This document shows, piece by piece, positions 32,547 through 41,706 of a stretch of 64,000 nucleotides of DNA; the first letter of the stretch is position 1; the number at the start of each line of letters is the position of its first letter. A model generated the notes under the pieces. That model saw only the letters and a list, made by a program, of their open reading frames with translations. It was not told where the DNA came from and did no database searches. Position numbers and translations under genes: made by a program. The stretch comes from Candidatus Dormiibacterota bacterium (lineage in GTDB: Bacteria; Chloroflexota; Dormibacteria; Aeolococcales; Aeolococcaceae): contig CAVPXI010000004.1 of NCBI GenBank assembly GCA_963709585.1, forward strand, positions 192,001 to 256,000, given 5' to 3'.

Positions 32547-33370
32547 GGCGTGACCGCCATGTCCTCGAGCACGCTGCGTGCCAGGTTCTGGTCACCTTCG
32601 ACGATAACTCGCGAGCGGGCACCGGGGTCATCGGATCGTCCGCAGGCGAGCACCGTCAGCGTCGACAGGTCGAGCCGCAGCGTCAACGCCGGCCCCGCGG
32701 GAACGGTCGCTGCGGACCGCCCTTGCTCGCCGTCGAACGTGATCGAGCGCAGGGCGCCAGCGGGGCCGATGACGTCGAAGACGATCACCGTTCCGGCGGG
32801 CGGTCCGAGGCGCTCCTGGGCTCGATTGCCCACGCCCATCAGCATCCGCTCGCGGCTGTGCGCCGCGGGGAGACCGTCAAGCCCACCGGGCTCATGCAGG
32901 GCGCGGCGGATATCCTGCTCGTGAGCCCAGAGATCGAACACCCGGATGGCAAGCAGCGAACGCATCCTGGCCTCACCGAAGAGTCCACGACCCATCTCGT
33001 CGAGCTGCAAGTCCTCGAGGGTCGCCAGACGGGCCATCCGCTCCGCCGTGACGTCGCGATATTCGGCGAGCAGGTCCGCCAGGGGGACGCCACGCCGGGC
33101 GTCGACACCAACCTCCATGAACACCCCGGGTTTGCTTCGAATGTACGGGAGGCCGTCGGGCACGATGTGTTCGGCGCGCGCCCGCCCGACCAGGATGCTT
33201 TCGAGATCGGTGATGTGGGCGACATGGTCGCGCACCGTCCAGCCGGGACACCCGGTGGCGCGCATCGCCCGCTGGTCGTCGAGCGCTTCAGCCAGCTCGC
33301 CGACGTTCGAGAAGATCTCGGCGTAGGCGGTGCGGAAGCCATCCGCGGAGCTGATGTTCCCGCTCTCCAT
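32543..33370 (-). CDS. Maleylpyruvate isomerase family (MDMPI/TIGR03083) DinB-superfamily protein
   Basis: TGCPGWTVRDHVAH, RVFDLWAHEQDIRRA. Confidence 0.87.
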   Translation of the reverse strand: MESGNISSADGFRTAYAEIFSNVGELAEALDDQRAMRATGCPGWTVRDHVAHITDLESILVGRARAEHIVPDGLPYIRSKPGVFMEVGVDARRGVPLADLLAEYRDVTAERMARLATLEDLQLDEMGRGLFGEARMRSLLAIRVFDLWAHEQDIRRALHEPGGLDGLPAAHSRERMLMGVGNRAQERLGPPAGTVIVFDVIGPAGALRSITFDGEQGRSAATVPAGPALTLRLDLSTLTVLACGRSDDPGARSRVIVEGDQNLARSVLEDMAVTP

Positions 33371-33443
33371 CGACGTGCAGCCTAGCGCGTCGCCACAATC
33401 AATCGCGATGCGACCAGGTGCAGATTCCGGCGGCGCGGCCGGA

Positions 33444-34145
33444 ATGACCGCCGTCAACTCGTCGGGGTTTCCGGCTCCGGCGGGCGTCTACGCCGTCCCG
33501 GTCGTGCTTGCGCCACTGTCGGGGCGGCTCCACGTGCTGCTCGTGCAGCGCGCGGAGGCGCCGTTCGCGGGGACGTGGGTGCTCCCCGGTGGCTTCATGA
33601 GCCCGAGCGAGCGGCCCGAGGAGACCGCCCAGCGCAAGCTCACCGAGAAGACCGGGGTGGGCGCCGTGTACCTTGAGCAGCTGGAGACGTACGGCGACCC
33701 ACAGCGCGACCCGCGTGGCTGGATTCCCACGGTCGCGTACCTGGCCCTCATCGACGCGGCGGTGCTGCGGGCCGACAAGTCCAGCGCGAGGTGGGAACCG
33801 GTCGACGCGCTCCCGCCGCTGGGGTTCGACCACGCGCGCATTGTCGTCGACGCCGTGGAACGGTTGCGCGGCAAGCTCTGGTGGTCGAACATCGCCGTCG
33901 GGCTGCTCCCGGAGCGTTTCACCATGCCCCAGGCCAGACACGTGTTCGAGGCGATCAGCGGTGTGACGTACGAACCGTCGAACTTCCGGCGCGAGCTGGA
34001 GCAGTCCGGGCTGGTGCGAGCGACCGGCTCGCTCGCCAAAGGTGGTCCTGGACGCCCAGCTGCGATGTACGAGTTCGTCGAGCGACAACCGGCATGGAGC
34101 CTGCGCCGCTCGCGTCCGCCGGCGATGGTGCGACGCCGAGTGTGA
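33444..34145 (+). CDS. NrtR-type regulator (degenerate NUDIX + wHTH)
   Basis: WVLPGGF, RKLTEKTG, YLEQL.TYG...RDPRG, LGFDH, FT, NFRR, GRPA..Y. Confidence 0.87.
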   Translation: MTAVNSSGFPAPAGVYAVPVVLAPLSGRLHVLLVQRAEAPFAGTWVLPGGFMSPSERPEETAQRKLTEKTGVGAVYLEQLETYGDPQRDPRGWIPTVAYLALIDAAVLRADKSSARWEPVDALPPLGFDHARIVVDAVERLRGKLWWSNIAVGLLPERFTMPQARHVFEAISGVTYEPSNFRRELEQSGLVRATGSLAKGGPGRPAAMYEFVERQPAWSLRRSRPPAMVRRRV

Positions 34146-34243
34146 CCCGCGGCAGCCCGGCTTCACTCAAAACCACGCGCATCGTTCACGATTCCGGCAA
34201 TCGGGCGCCCACCTCCGAGTGCCCTCCGTGAGGAGACCTGACG

Positions 34244-34759
34244 ATGACAGACCAACCCATGCGGCCCATACCGATTCCCAGGGTGGAAGAGCTGTTCACG
34301 CACATTCCGCATCCGCGCATCGCGCAGCGCAAGCACGAGAAGCCGGTGAAAGTCGACGACGGGCGTGTTGGGGTCAACGGCAAGGTCGCGCTGATCATCA
34401 CCGCGGTGGTCGGGACGATGTGGTGCGCCTACATCTTTACGTTGATCGCGTTGATCTCGCTACCGTCGGCGATCTCCAGCGGGCAGGCGATCGTGATCGT
34501 GGCCTGGATCGCGCAGACGTTCATCCAATTGGTATTGCTGCCGATCATCATCGTCGGACAGAACATCCAGGGCAAAGCGGCTGACAAGCGCTCCGAGCAG
34601 ACGTACGCGGATGCCGAGGCGATCCTCAGCGAGTGCCTGCAACTTCAGGCGCATCTCCAGGCGCAGGACACGGTGCTCGACAACGTCGTCGCGCACGTGA
34701 AGGAGCATCACGTGGAGTTGCAGAAGCTCTCCGCGAGAGTTGGACCCGCGCCCGCATAG
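34244..34759 (+). CDS. DUF1003-like membrane protein
   Basis: ITAVVGTMW, QLVLLPIIIVGQN..AADKR; SD-like GAGGAG upstream. Confidence 0.7.
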   Translation: MTDQPMRPIPIPRVEELFTHIPHPRIAQRKHEKPVKVDDGRVGVNGKVALIITAVVGTMWCAYIFTLIALISLPSAISSGQAIVIVAWIAQTFIQLVLLPIIIVGQNIQGKAADKRSEQTYADAEAILSECLQLQAHLQAQDTVLDNVVAHVKEHHVELQKLSARVGPAPA

Positions 34760-34875
34760 GCGCGGGCCGGCGCCCGGGCCTGAGCCATCATCGTGCGTCG
34801 CGGGGGTGTCTCCGGCATCTAGCGTTCTGGTGTGCCGTCTGCCCATATCAGCACACCCGTGCGGCGGTGACCGTG

Positions 34876-35880
34876 ATGACGTGCGCGCTCGGTCCGGACG
34901 CAGCGGGCACGGTGCTCATGCAGGTCCTGCGCGGTGCGCGTCGCAGCATCGACGGGGCGATCTACGAGGTCGGGCCGTCGTACCGGTGGGCGCTGGTCCG
35001 GGCGGCGGAGCGTGGGCTGCGGGTCCGCCTGGTGCTCGACGCGCATATCTCTGACGGCAATGGCGCGACCGCGCGGGCGCTGATCGCCGCCGGCGGCGAG
35101 TGTCGCGTGGCCGGACTGGGAGTGGACGCGGCGCATGGAAAGCTGCTGGTCGTGGACTCGACGGTGGCCGTCGGGACCGGGAACCTGATCTGGCGGGACG
35201 CCCCGCGAGAACGCCACAGTGGCTCGCTTCTTGCCGGGACGCGTGAGTGGTGGGTGACGGCAGCCGGGTCGCGGCGGCTGCATTGCGCCGCCGCCGAGGC
35301 GTTCCATGCTCACTGGACCACGGCCACGGCGCCTCCGCCGGCGTGGGGCGCGGCCCCACAGCGGGTGGCGCCCCCGATCGGCACGCCGATGCCCCAGTTT
35401 GCGCCGAGGACCCTCTGCGTGGCGTCGCGCCGGCTTCGCCTGATCATTGGAGGAGCCGAGGTCGGGCGGACGTTGCGGGCGATGATCATCGCCGCCCGCC
35501 GGCGGGTGCTGGTGACCGTCCCGTACGCGCATCCGAGTGCCCTGCCGGTTCGCGACCTGCTCGATCGGATGACCGAGGCATCGTCACGCGGGGTCGCCTG
35601 CGCACTCCTGCTCGGCGGCATTCCTGACCCGAACGATGCCCACGCGCTGACCGCATTGCCGTTCCCGGTACGCCGGATGGACCCGGCTCGCTCCACGTCG
35701 GGCCATGCCAAGGGCATGGTCGCGGACGCCTCGGCGCTCGTCTCCTCGGCGAATTGGAGCGCATCTGGCCTGGGTGGCAACTGGGAGGCAGCGCTGCGCA
35801 TCGACCACCCCGGCGCGGCCGCATACTACGCCGCCGCCTGGCGTCGCGATTGGGAGACAGGTCTCCGGATCGAGGTTTGA
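34876..35880 (+). CDS. Phospholipase D superfamily protein (two HKD motifs); start uncertain
   Basis: HGKLLVVD..GTGN; HAKGMVAD..SSANWS..NWEA. Confidence 0.82.
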   Translation: MTCALGPDAAGTVLMQVLRGARRSIDGAIYEVGPSYRWALVRAAERGLRVRLVLDAHISDGNGATARALIAAGGECRVAGLGVDAAHGKLLVVDSTVAVGTGNLIWRDAPRERHSGSLLAGTREWWVTAAGSRRLHCAAAEAFHAHWTTATAPPPAWGAAPQRVAPPIGTPMPQFAPRTLCVASRRLRLIIGGAEVGRTLRAMIIAARRRVLVTVPYAHPSALPVRDLLDRMTEASSRGVACALLLGGIPDPNDAHALTALPFPVRRMDPARSTSGHAKGMVADASALVSSANWSASGLGGNWEAALRIDHPGAAAYYAAAWRRDWETGLRIEV

Positions 35881-35909
35881 CGCCGGAAAGGCCCGGCTAT
35901 TCTGTTCGG

Positions 35910-38573
35910 ATGCCCGACGTCGAGCCACCGGGGCCCTCCGACCCCGCTCCGGCCGCTCCCGGACCCGCTTCGCTGACGCTCCCGGCGGTCCCGCTCCGGG
36001 ACAACGTCGTCTTTCCTTCGCAACTTGCGCCGCTCGCCGCTGGCCGGCCTCGTTCGGTCGCCGCCCTCGAGGCTGCCGTGAACGGAGACGGGCGTGTAGT
36101 CCTGGCGATCCAGCGCGATGCCGAGCGTGACGAAGCCTCGATCGACGACGTGCATACGATCGCCGTCATCGCCCATGTCGGCGCATTCCGGCGGCTGCCG
36201 GGCGGCGGCGCCCACGCGCTCGTCGAAGGCAAGGAGCGCGTGCGCATCGATGCCTTCGACGCCTCGGGTGACGCCTGGATCGCGACGGTCACGCCGATCC
36301 CGATCGAGACCGTCGAAGGCACCGAGGTGGACGCGCTCTTCGGGTCGGTCCGCACGCTCTTCGCCGAATACGTCAACGCGGGCGCTCAAGTCGGCGCCGA
36401 TACCGCGGTCGCGATGGCCCGCGCCTCCCAGCCCGAGTTGATCGCCGACATTGCCAGCACGTGTCCCGATTTCGGATTCGACGATCGCGTCGCCCTGCTG
36501 CAGGAGACCGACACGATCGCGCGCCTGCGCAAGCTCATCCCGCTGCTCGCGCGCGAAGTCGAGGTCGCGCAACTGCGCACCAAGATTCACGAGGACGTCC
36601 AGAAGACGATCAACAACTCGCAGCGCGAGCACATCCTTCGCGAGCAGTTGCGCGCCATCCGCAAGGAGCTCTCCGAGCTTGACGACGCCGGCGAGGACGA
36701 CGAAGACCTGAGCGCGCGTGTCGAAAAAGCGGGCATGCCCGACAACGTCAAACAGCGCGTCCTCAAGGAAGTCCATCGCCTCGAGCAGATCCCGAGCGCC
36801 TCACCCGAAATGGGCATGGTCCGCACCTGGGTGGACTGGCTCCTCGACCTCCCCTGGTCCGACCCACCTGCCGAGACACTCGACATCGAACGCGCCGCCG
36901 CGATCCTCGACGAAGACCACTACGGCCTGACGAAAGTCAAGGACCGCATCCTCGAATGGCTCGCCGTCCGCGAACGCATCCGAGCCAAGAGCCTCGCCGA
37001 GCTCGCGGCAGCAGAGGCAGCGAAAGCAGAGTCAGAGAGTGCAGCTCCGGTTGAAGCGGGCGTTGCCAGCGAAGACGCCGCCCAGGAGGCGGAGGAAGGC
37101 GCGACCATCGGAACCGCTCCGACAGGACCCGCCGCACTCGTGCCCGCGCCCTCAGGACAAGCCGCACTCAACACAGCTCCCAAAAGGCGCACCTTGCAGA
37201 CCCCGATCCTGTGTTTTGTCGGTCCGCCAGGCGTCGGCAAGACGTCGCTCGGCCGCAGTATCGCAAGAGCACTCGACCGCAAGTTCGTGCGCATGAGCCT
37301 TGGCGGCATCCGCGATGAGGCCGAAATTCGAGGCCATCGTCGCACGTACATCGGAGCATTGCCGGGACGGATCATCCAGTCGATGCGCACGGCCGGGACG
37401 CGCAACGCGGTCATAATGCTCGACGAGATCGACAAGGTGGGCGCCGACTTTCGAGGGGATCCGTCGGCGGCATTGCTCGAGGTGCTCGATCCGGAACAGA
37501 ACTGGGAATTCAGCGACCATTATCTCGAGGTCCCGTATGACCTCTCGCAGGTGCTGTTCATCACCACCGCGAACATCGCCGAGACCATCAGCCCACCGCT
37601 TCGCGACCGGATGGAGATCATCCGCATCACCGGATACACCGAGCAGGAGAAGGTCCAGATCGCGGAGCGCCATCTTGTTCCCCGACAGCTCGATCAGCAT
37701 TCGCTCGACGCGAATGAGCTGACGATTCCACGCGACACCATCATCGCGATGCTCCATGGATACACGCGCGAAGCCGGTGTCCGTCAACTCGACCGCACCA
37801 TCGCCGAGGTCGCGCGCAAAGTGCCGCGCAAGCTCGCTGCCGGTGCGACGCCTCCCGTGGTCATCACCCCCGAGGACCTGTCCGACCTTCTCGGTCCCCG
37901 GCGGCACGACTACGGCGAGGCGCAGGAACAGGATGAGATCGGTGCGGTCACCGGGGTCGTGGTCAGCGAGGTGGGCGGCGACATCATCACCGTCGAGGCG
38001 CTTGCGATCGAGACCAAGCCGGACCTGGTGCTGACCGGGCAACTCGGCAGCGTCATGGAGGAATCCGCCCGCGCCGCACTGTCGTGGGCGAAGGTGCATG
38101 CGGTCGAATACGGCGCGCCGCGAGATTTCTTTGACACCCATGCGATCCACGTGCACGTCCCCGCCGGTGCGATCCCCAAGGATGGTCCGTCGGCAGGAGT
38201 GACCATGGCGACGGCGATGGTGTCGGTGGCGTCCGGCCGCCGGGTGCGGCGCGACCTCGCGATGACCGGCGAAGTCACCTTGCGCGGCAAGGTGCTGCCC
38301 ATCGGCGGTGTCAAGGACAAGCTGCTCGCGGCGCATCGCTCCGGATTGAAGACGTTCATCCTGCCCGCCAAGAACGTGCGCGACCTGTACGAAGTTGACA
38401 AGGAGATCCTCGACGCGATCGTCGTGGTGCCGGTCGATAACGTGGGCGAGGTGCTCGACCGCGCCCTGGTCGAGTCGGACGCGCCGCGCCGGCGCGAACG
38501 TAGGGGTGCGGGATTCGTGCTCCCGATCACCGCTGCTGACGTCATAGGCCCGATCAACGCCGGCCCCGCCTAG
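35910..38573 (+). CDS. lon: ATP-dependent protease La
   Basis: PLRDNVVFP, DHYGL..VKDRI, GPPGVGKTS, DEAEIRGHRRTY, PKDGPSAG, GGVKDK. Confidence 0.97.
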   Translation: MPDVEPPGPSDPAPAAPGPASLTLPAVPLRDNVVFPSQLAPLAAGRPRSVAALEAAVNGDGRVVLAIQRDAERDEASIDDVHTIAVIAHVGAFRRLPGGGAHALVEGKERVRIDAFDASGDAWIATVTPIPIETVEGTEVDALFGSVRTLFAEYVNAGAQVGADTAVAMARASQPELIADIASTCPDFGFDDRVALLQETDTIARLRKLIPLLAREVEVAQLRTKIHEDVQKTINNSQREHILREQLRAIRKELSELDDAGEDDEDLSARVEKAGMPDNVKQRVLKEVHRLEQIPSASPEMGMVRTWVDWLLDLPWSDPPAETLDIERAAAILDEDHYGLTKVKDRILEWLAVRERIRAKSLAELAAAEAAKAESESAAPVEAGVASEDAAQEAEEGATIGTAPTGPAALVPAPSGQAALNTAPKRRTLQTPILCFVGPPGVGKTSLGRSIARALDRKFVRMSLGGIRDEAEIRGHRRTYIGALPGRIIQSMRTAGTRNAVIMLDEIDKVGADFRGDPSAALLEVLDPEQNWEFSDHYLEVPYDLSQVLFITTANIAETISPPLRDRMEIIRITGYTEQEKVQIAERHLVPRQLDQHSLDANELTIPRDTIIAMLHGYTREAGVRQLDRTIAEVARKVPRKLAAGATPPVVITPEDLSDLLGPRRHDYGEAQEQDEIGAVTGVVVSEVGGDIITVEALAIETKPDLVLTGQLGSVMEESARAALSWAKVHAVEYGAPRDFFDTHAIHVHVPAGAIPKDGPSAGVTMATAMVSVASGRRVRRDLAMTGEVTLRGKVLPIGGVKDKLLAAHRSGLKTFILPAKNVRDLYEVDKEILDAIVVVPVDNVGEVLDRALVESDAPRRRERRGAGFVLPITAADVIGPINAGPA

Positions 38574-38583
38574 TCTTTCGGTC

Positions 38584-39237
38584 GTGACCGACACGCTCCG
38601 CGACCTCGTCGAACTGGCAATCGTCGTCGATCCCACGTTCGATCAGAACTGCTACGTGCTGCGCCGGCGCGACACCACCGACGTGCTGATCGTCGACCCC
38701 GGATTGCAGCATCCGCAGGCACTCGCGCTGCTCGAGCAGGGTGGATTGCGCTGTGATCGGATCCTGCTCACCCATGGTCATCCCGACCACGTGAGTGGGG
38801 TCCCGGCCGTCAAGGCCGCCTTCGGATGCGCGGCCGCGATCCATCCCGATGATCGCGAACAACTCGAGGCGGTGCATTATCTTCCCGGCGTTCCCGATGA
38901 CCTTCCCGATGTGGTCTGCGAGGAAGATCTGAAGGACGGCGAGCTGCTTCGCTGGCACGGCCTCGACATCGAGGTGGTGCACACGCCGGGTCACACGCGC
39001 GGCTCGGTGTGCTTCCGCATCGGACCGGATCTGCTCTCTGGCGACACGCTCTTCAACCGGGGTGTCGGTCGCTGCGATCTGCCCGGCGGGTCGTGGCCCG
39101 CACTCGTCTTTTCGATCGAGCAGCGCATCTACACGCTGCCTCCCGAGACGGTCGTCTACCCCGGGCACGGCCAGCGGACCACGGTGGAGGAGGAGATGCA
39201 CGCCAACCCGTTTGTGGTGCATCCGCGATACCGCTGA
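38584..39237 (+). CDS. MBL-fold hydrolase (glyoxalase II/YcbL-like)
   Basis: QNCY, THGHPDH, TPGHTRG, GDTLF..GVGR.D, YPGHG. Confidence 0.9.
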   Translation: MTDTLRDLVELAIVVDPTFDQNCYVLRRRDTTDVLIVDPGLQHPQALALLEQGGLRCDRILLTHGHPDHVSGVPAVKAAFGCAAAIHPDDREQLEAVHYLPGVPDDLPDVVCEEDLKDGELLRWHGLDIEVVHTPGHTRGSVCFRIGPDLLSGDTLFNRGVGRCDLPGGSWPALVFSIEQRIYTLPPETVVYPGHGQRTTVEEEMHANPFVVHPRYR

Positions 39238-39274
39238 TCCCGGGAGCGTGTGCTACGGTGATCGAGAGGGGGCG

Positions 39275-39907
39275 ATGAGAATGAGCTACATCATGCGTGC
39301 AACACTGGCGATCGGCGCCTGCGCGGTCATGGGCGCGACCGCCGGATGCGGCGGCGATGCAACGATCGCAAACAAGATATCGGACCCCGCCGCCGGACTC
39401 CCGTCGGTATCGGCTTCGCCCTCCGTCTGTGCCAATCCTCAGGTCACCTCCGCGACGTCTCCAGTCACCCGGCTCGCGCTCACTGTCAGCGATCTTCCCG
39501 CCGGTGGACCGCCGCTGGAGCAGATCAGCGACGGTGAGATGAACAAGACGGCGAATACCGATCAACGTGGATTTGCAAATACCGGCAACACCTATCGCGT
39601 CGAGGATGACGTCGTGCTCGACACCTCGACGCAGGCGGCGGGCGCGGACTATCCGCAGTTGCGCGATGCGGTGAAGGCGCAGTTTGCGACGCTCACGAGC
39701 ACATCGTCGCCGGCGACGCTCGGCTGTCAGGCCGATGAGTTCGTGGGCAAGGCATCGACCGGCTACAGCCAGGTCGGCATGGCGTTTCAGGACGGCGATG
39801 TCATCGTTGTGGTTCTGGTGGTCAACTCCGCGGGTCCGGTCGATGCGGCGTTCGCCTCGGCGGTCGCATTGGCGCAGGATCAAAAGATCGTCGCTACGGC
39901 GACCTGA
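39275..39907 (+). CDS. Hypothetical lipoprotein
   Basis: Signal peptide with TAGC lipobox; LTVSDLP motif; SD-like GAGGGG. Confidence 0.7.
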   Translation: MRMSYIMRATLAIGACAVMGATAGCGGDATIANKISDPAAGLPSVSASPSVCANPQVTSATSPVTRLALTVSDLPAGGPPLEQISDGEMNKTANTDQRGFANTGNTYRVEDDVVLDTSTQAAGADYPQLRDAVKAQFATLTSTSSPATLGCQADEFVGKASTGYSQVGMAFQDGDVIVVVLVVNSAGPVDAAFASAVALAQDQKIVATAT

Positions 39908-39910
39908 CCG

Positions 39911-40492
39911 TCAGTCGGTCCTCCCCAGGCGCTCCAGGAGCTCGTGCAGGATCGCGCCGGTGACGCCCCAGATGACGCGACCCGACGCCTCGTAGTAGTG
40001 CACCCGGCCGCGCATGCCGTTGCGTTCTATCTCTCGAACGGTGTGCGGCGCCGTCATGAGGTCGGCGATATCGATGCGAAACCATTCCGCGATCTCGAAG
40101 TCGTCCGTTCGCAACTCGATCGGACCGCGCTGCAGCCCGACGACGGGCGTGAGCCAGCGACCGGATACCACCGTCGAGAAGGGGGAGAGGACGCCGAGAA
40201 CCTCGACGCGGTCGGGTTGGATGCCCAGCTCCTCCTCGGCTTCGCGCAGTGCTGTGGCGATCACGCCGACATCGACCATCTCAGTGCCGCCACCCGGGAA
40301 CGCGATCTGACCGGGGTGGTGGCGAAGCTCCTCGGAGCGGAGCACGAAGAGCAGCGGCACCCCGGGTGTTGCCGGATCGCACAGGAGCAACACCAACGCC
40401 GGCCGAAGGCCGTCAGGCGCGATGTCCACCAGCTCGCGCGGATCGCGGACCGCCCTGCGGAGTCGATCGATGATCGACGCTGCGGTTGTCAT
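39911..40492 (-). CDS. CoA pyrophosphatase (NUDIX)
   Basis: LRHHPGQIAFPGG, ALREAEEELG, IWGVTG. Confidence 0.9.
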   Translation of the reverse strand: MTTAASIIDRLRRAVRDPRELVDIAPDGLRPALVLLLCDPATPGVPLLFVLRSEELRHHPGQIAFPGGGTEMVDVGVIATALREAEEELGIQPDRVEVLGVLSPFSTVVSGRWLTPVVGLQRGPIELRTDDFEIAEWFRIDIADLMTAPHTVREIERNGMRGRVHYYEASGRVIWGVTGAILHELLERLGRTD

Positions 40493-40542
40493 CGGGCGAC
40501 CCTGCAGCCTGCGCACCGGGTCGAGGCCGTACGCTTGGGCCG

Positions 40543-40833
40543 ATGAGCGCCGCAACGCCTGCTGAGACAAAGCCTCGACGACGCTGTGCGAAATGTGGTG
40601 GCGAGTTGCGCTTCTCGCACCGCGAGTACGCCGGCCGGGGAACGGCGGCCGCGGTCCTGCGTTGTGCCGCATGCGGTGACGTGATCCATGACGCAGCGCG
40701 TGAAACCGTCCAGGCGCCGCAACGCCATACGTCGAAACGTCATCGCGATCTGGACGAGGGCCCTCCTCCGAACCCGGTCATCGATCCGGAGCTTGCCGCG
40801 CGGCTGCTGGAATCGAGCGGCGATCCCGGCTGA
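40543..40833 (+). CDS. Small hypothetical zinc-ribbon protein
   Basis: CAKC...CAAC; fits the gap between its neighbours. Confidence 0.6.
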   Translation: MSAATPAETKPRRRCAKCGGELRFSHREYAGRGTAAAVLRCAACGDVIHDAARETVQAPQRHTSKRHRDLDEGPPPNPVIDPELAARLLESSGDPG

Positions 40834-40834
40834 T

Positions 40835-41641
40835 TCATCGTCCCGCGGTCGCGGTCGCGCGCCCCGCCGGTGCGAAGCGCTCGAACCACTGCAGAACCTG
40901 GGCATTGACGGTGTCGCGGTCGACATCGACGGAGATCGCGTGGCCGCTTCGCGGCAGCATCGTCAGCTCCACCGCAGCGCTGCCGATCAGCCTTCGCGCG
41001 ATCTCTCGCGCGCAGCGCGGATCGATGGATCGATCCCGTTCGCCATGCAGGACCAGCACCGGGGCGCGGATCTCGGCGAGCTGGTTGCGGACTGCGGCGC
41101 ACAGGCGGCGGAGCTCGTCGATGCTCCGCGTGGGACGGAGGCCGTAGCTGTACAGCTCCTCGACCGCGTCGGGGTGCCAGAGGTCGACGTCGTCGCCCGC
41201 GCGGTGCCAGCGCACCACCCGTTTGATCACCGGCAGCAACGGCGCAAGCGGCCCGCTCAACCAGATCGGCGCCGCCAGCGACGCGACCGCGCGGACGCGC
41301 AGATCGCGCGCGGCGAGGTGAAGCGCGAGCGTCGCACCCATCGACTGGCCTGCAACCACAACGGCGTCGCACTCGGAGGCGAGGTCGTCGAACGCCGCCG
41401 CGACACTCGCCGCCCAGTCCTGCCAGCGCGTCCCCTCGAGATCTTGCGGGGTTGTGCCGTGACCCGGGAGCACCGGTGCGTGGCACGTGAATCCGTGTGC
41501 GGCGAGCGTCTCGCCGAGGCGGCGCAACTCGGGCGGGGTACCCGCGAACCCATGGATCAGCAGCGCGCCCCGAGGGCCATCACCGAGGTGCCACGGCCGG
41601 ACGGCGTCAGGGTCGAAAGGCGCGAGCGTGCGGGCGGTCAT
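40835..41641 (-). CDS. Carboxylesterase (alpha/beta hydrolase)
   Basis: IHGFAGTP, LPGHG, GQSMG, HGERD, SGH. Confidence 0.88.
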   Translation of the reverse strand: MTARTLAPFDPDAVRPWHLGDGPRGALLIHGFAGTPPELRRLGETLAAHGFTCHAPVLPGHGTTPQDLEGTRWQDWAASVAAAFDDLASECDAVVVAGQSMGATLALHLAARDLRVRAVASLAAPIWLSGPLAPLLPVIKRVVRWHRAGDDVDLWHPDAVEELYSYGLRPTRSIDELRRLCAAVRNQLAEIRAPVLVLHGERDRSIDPRCAREIARRLIGSAAVELTMLPRSGHAISVDVDRDTVNAQVLQWFERFAPAGRATATAGR

Positions 41642-41706
41642 GACTTCGAGTATATGGATCGCCCTCGCGAGCCTCGGTGCTACCGTCGCCCGCCATGGGC
41701 GAGGAG

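Noticed and set aside
30826-32631. 601-aa TrxB ORF as a single protein
   Set aside because: The first ~196 codons overlap the TlpA gene in another frame; the likely start is ATG 32040.
36975-37200. Intein in Lon
   Set aside because: Too short and low-complexity; no C/S start or HN-C/S/T end.
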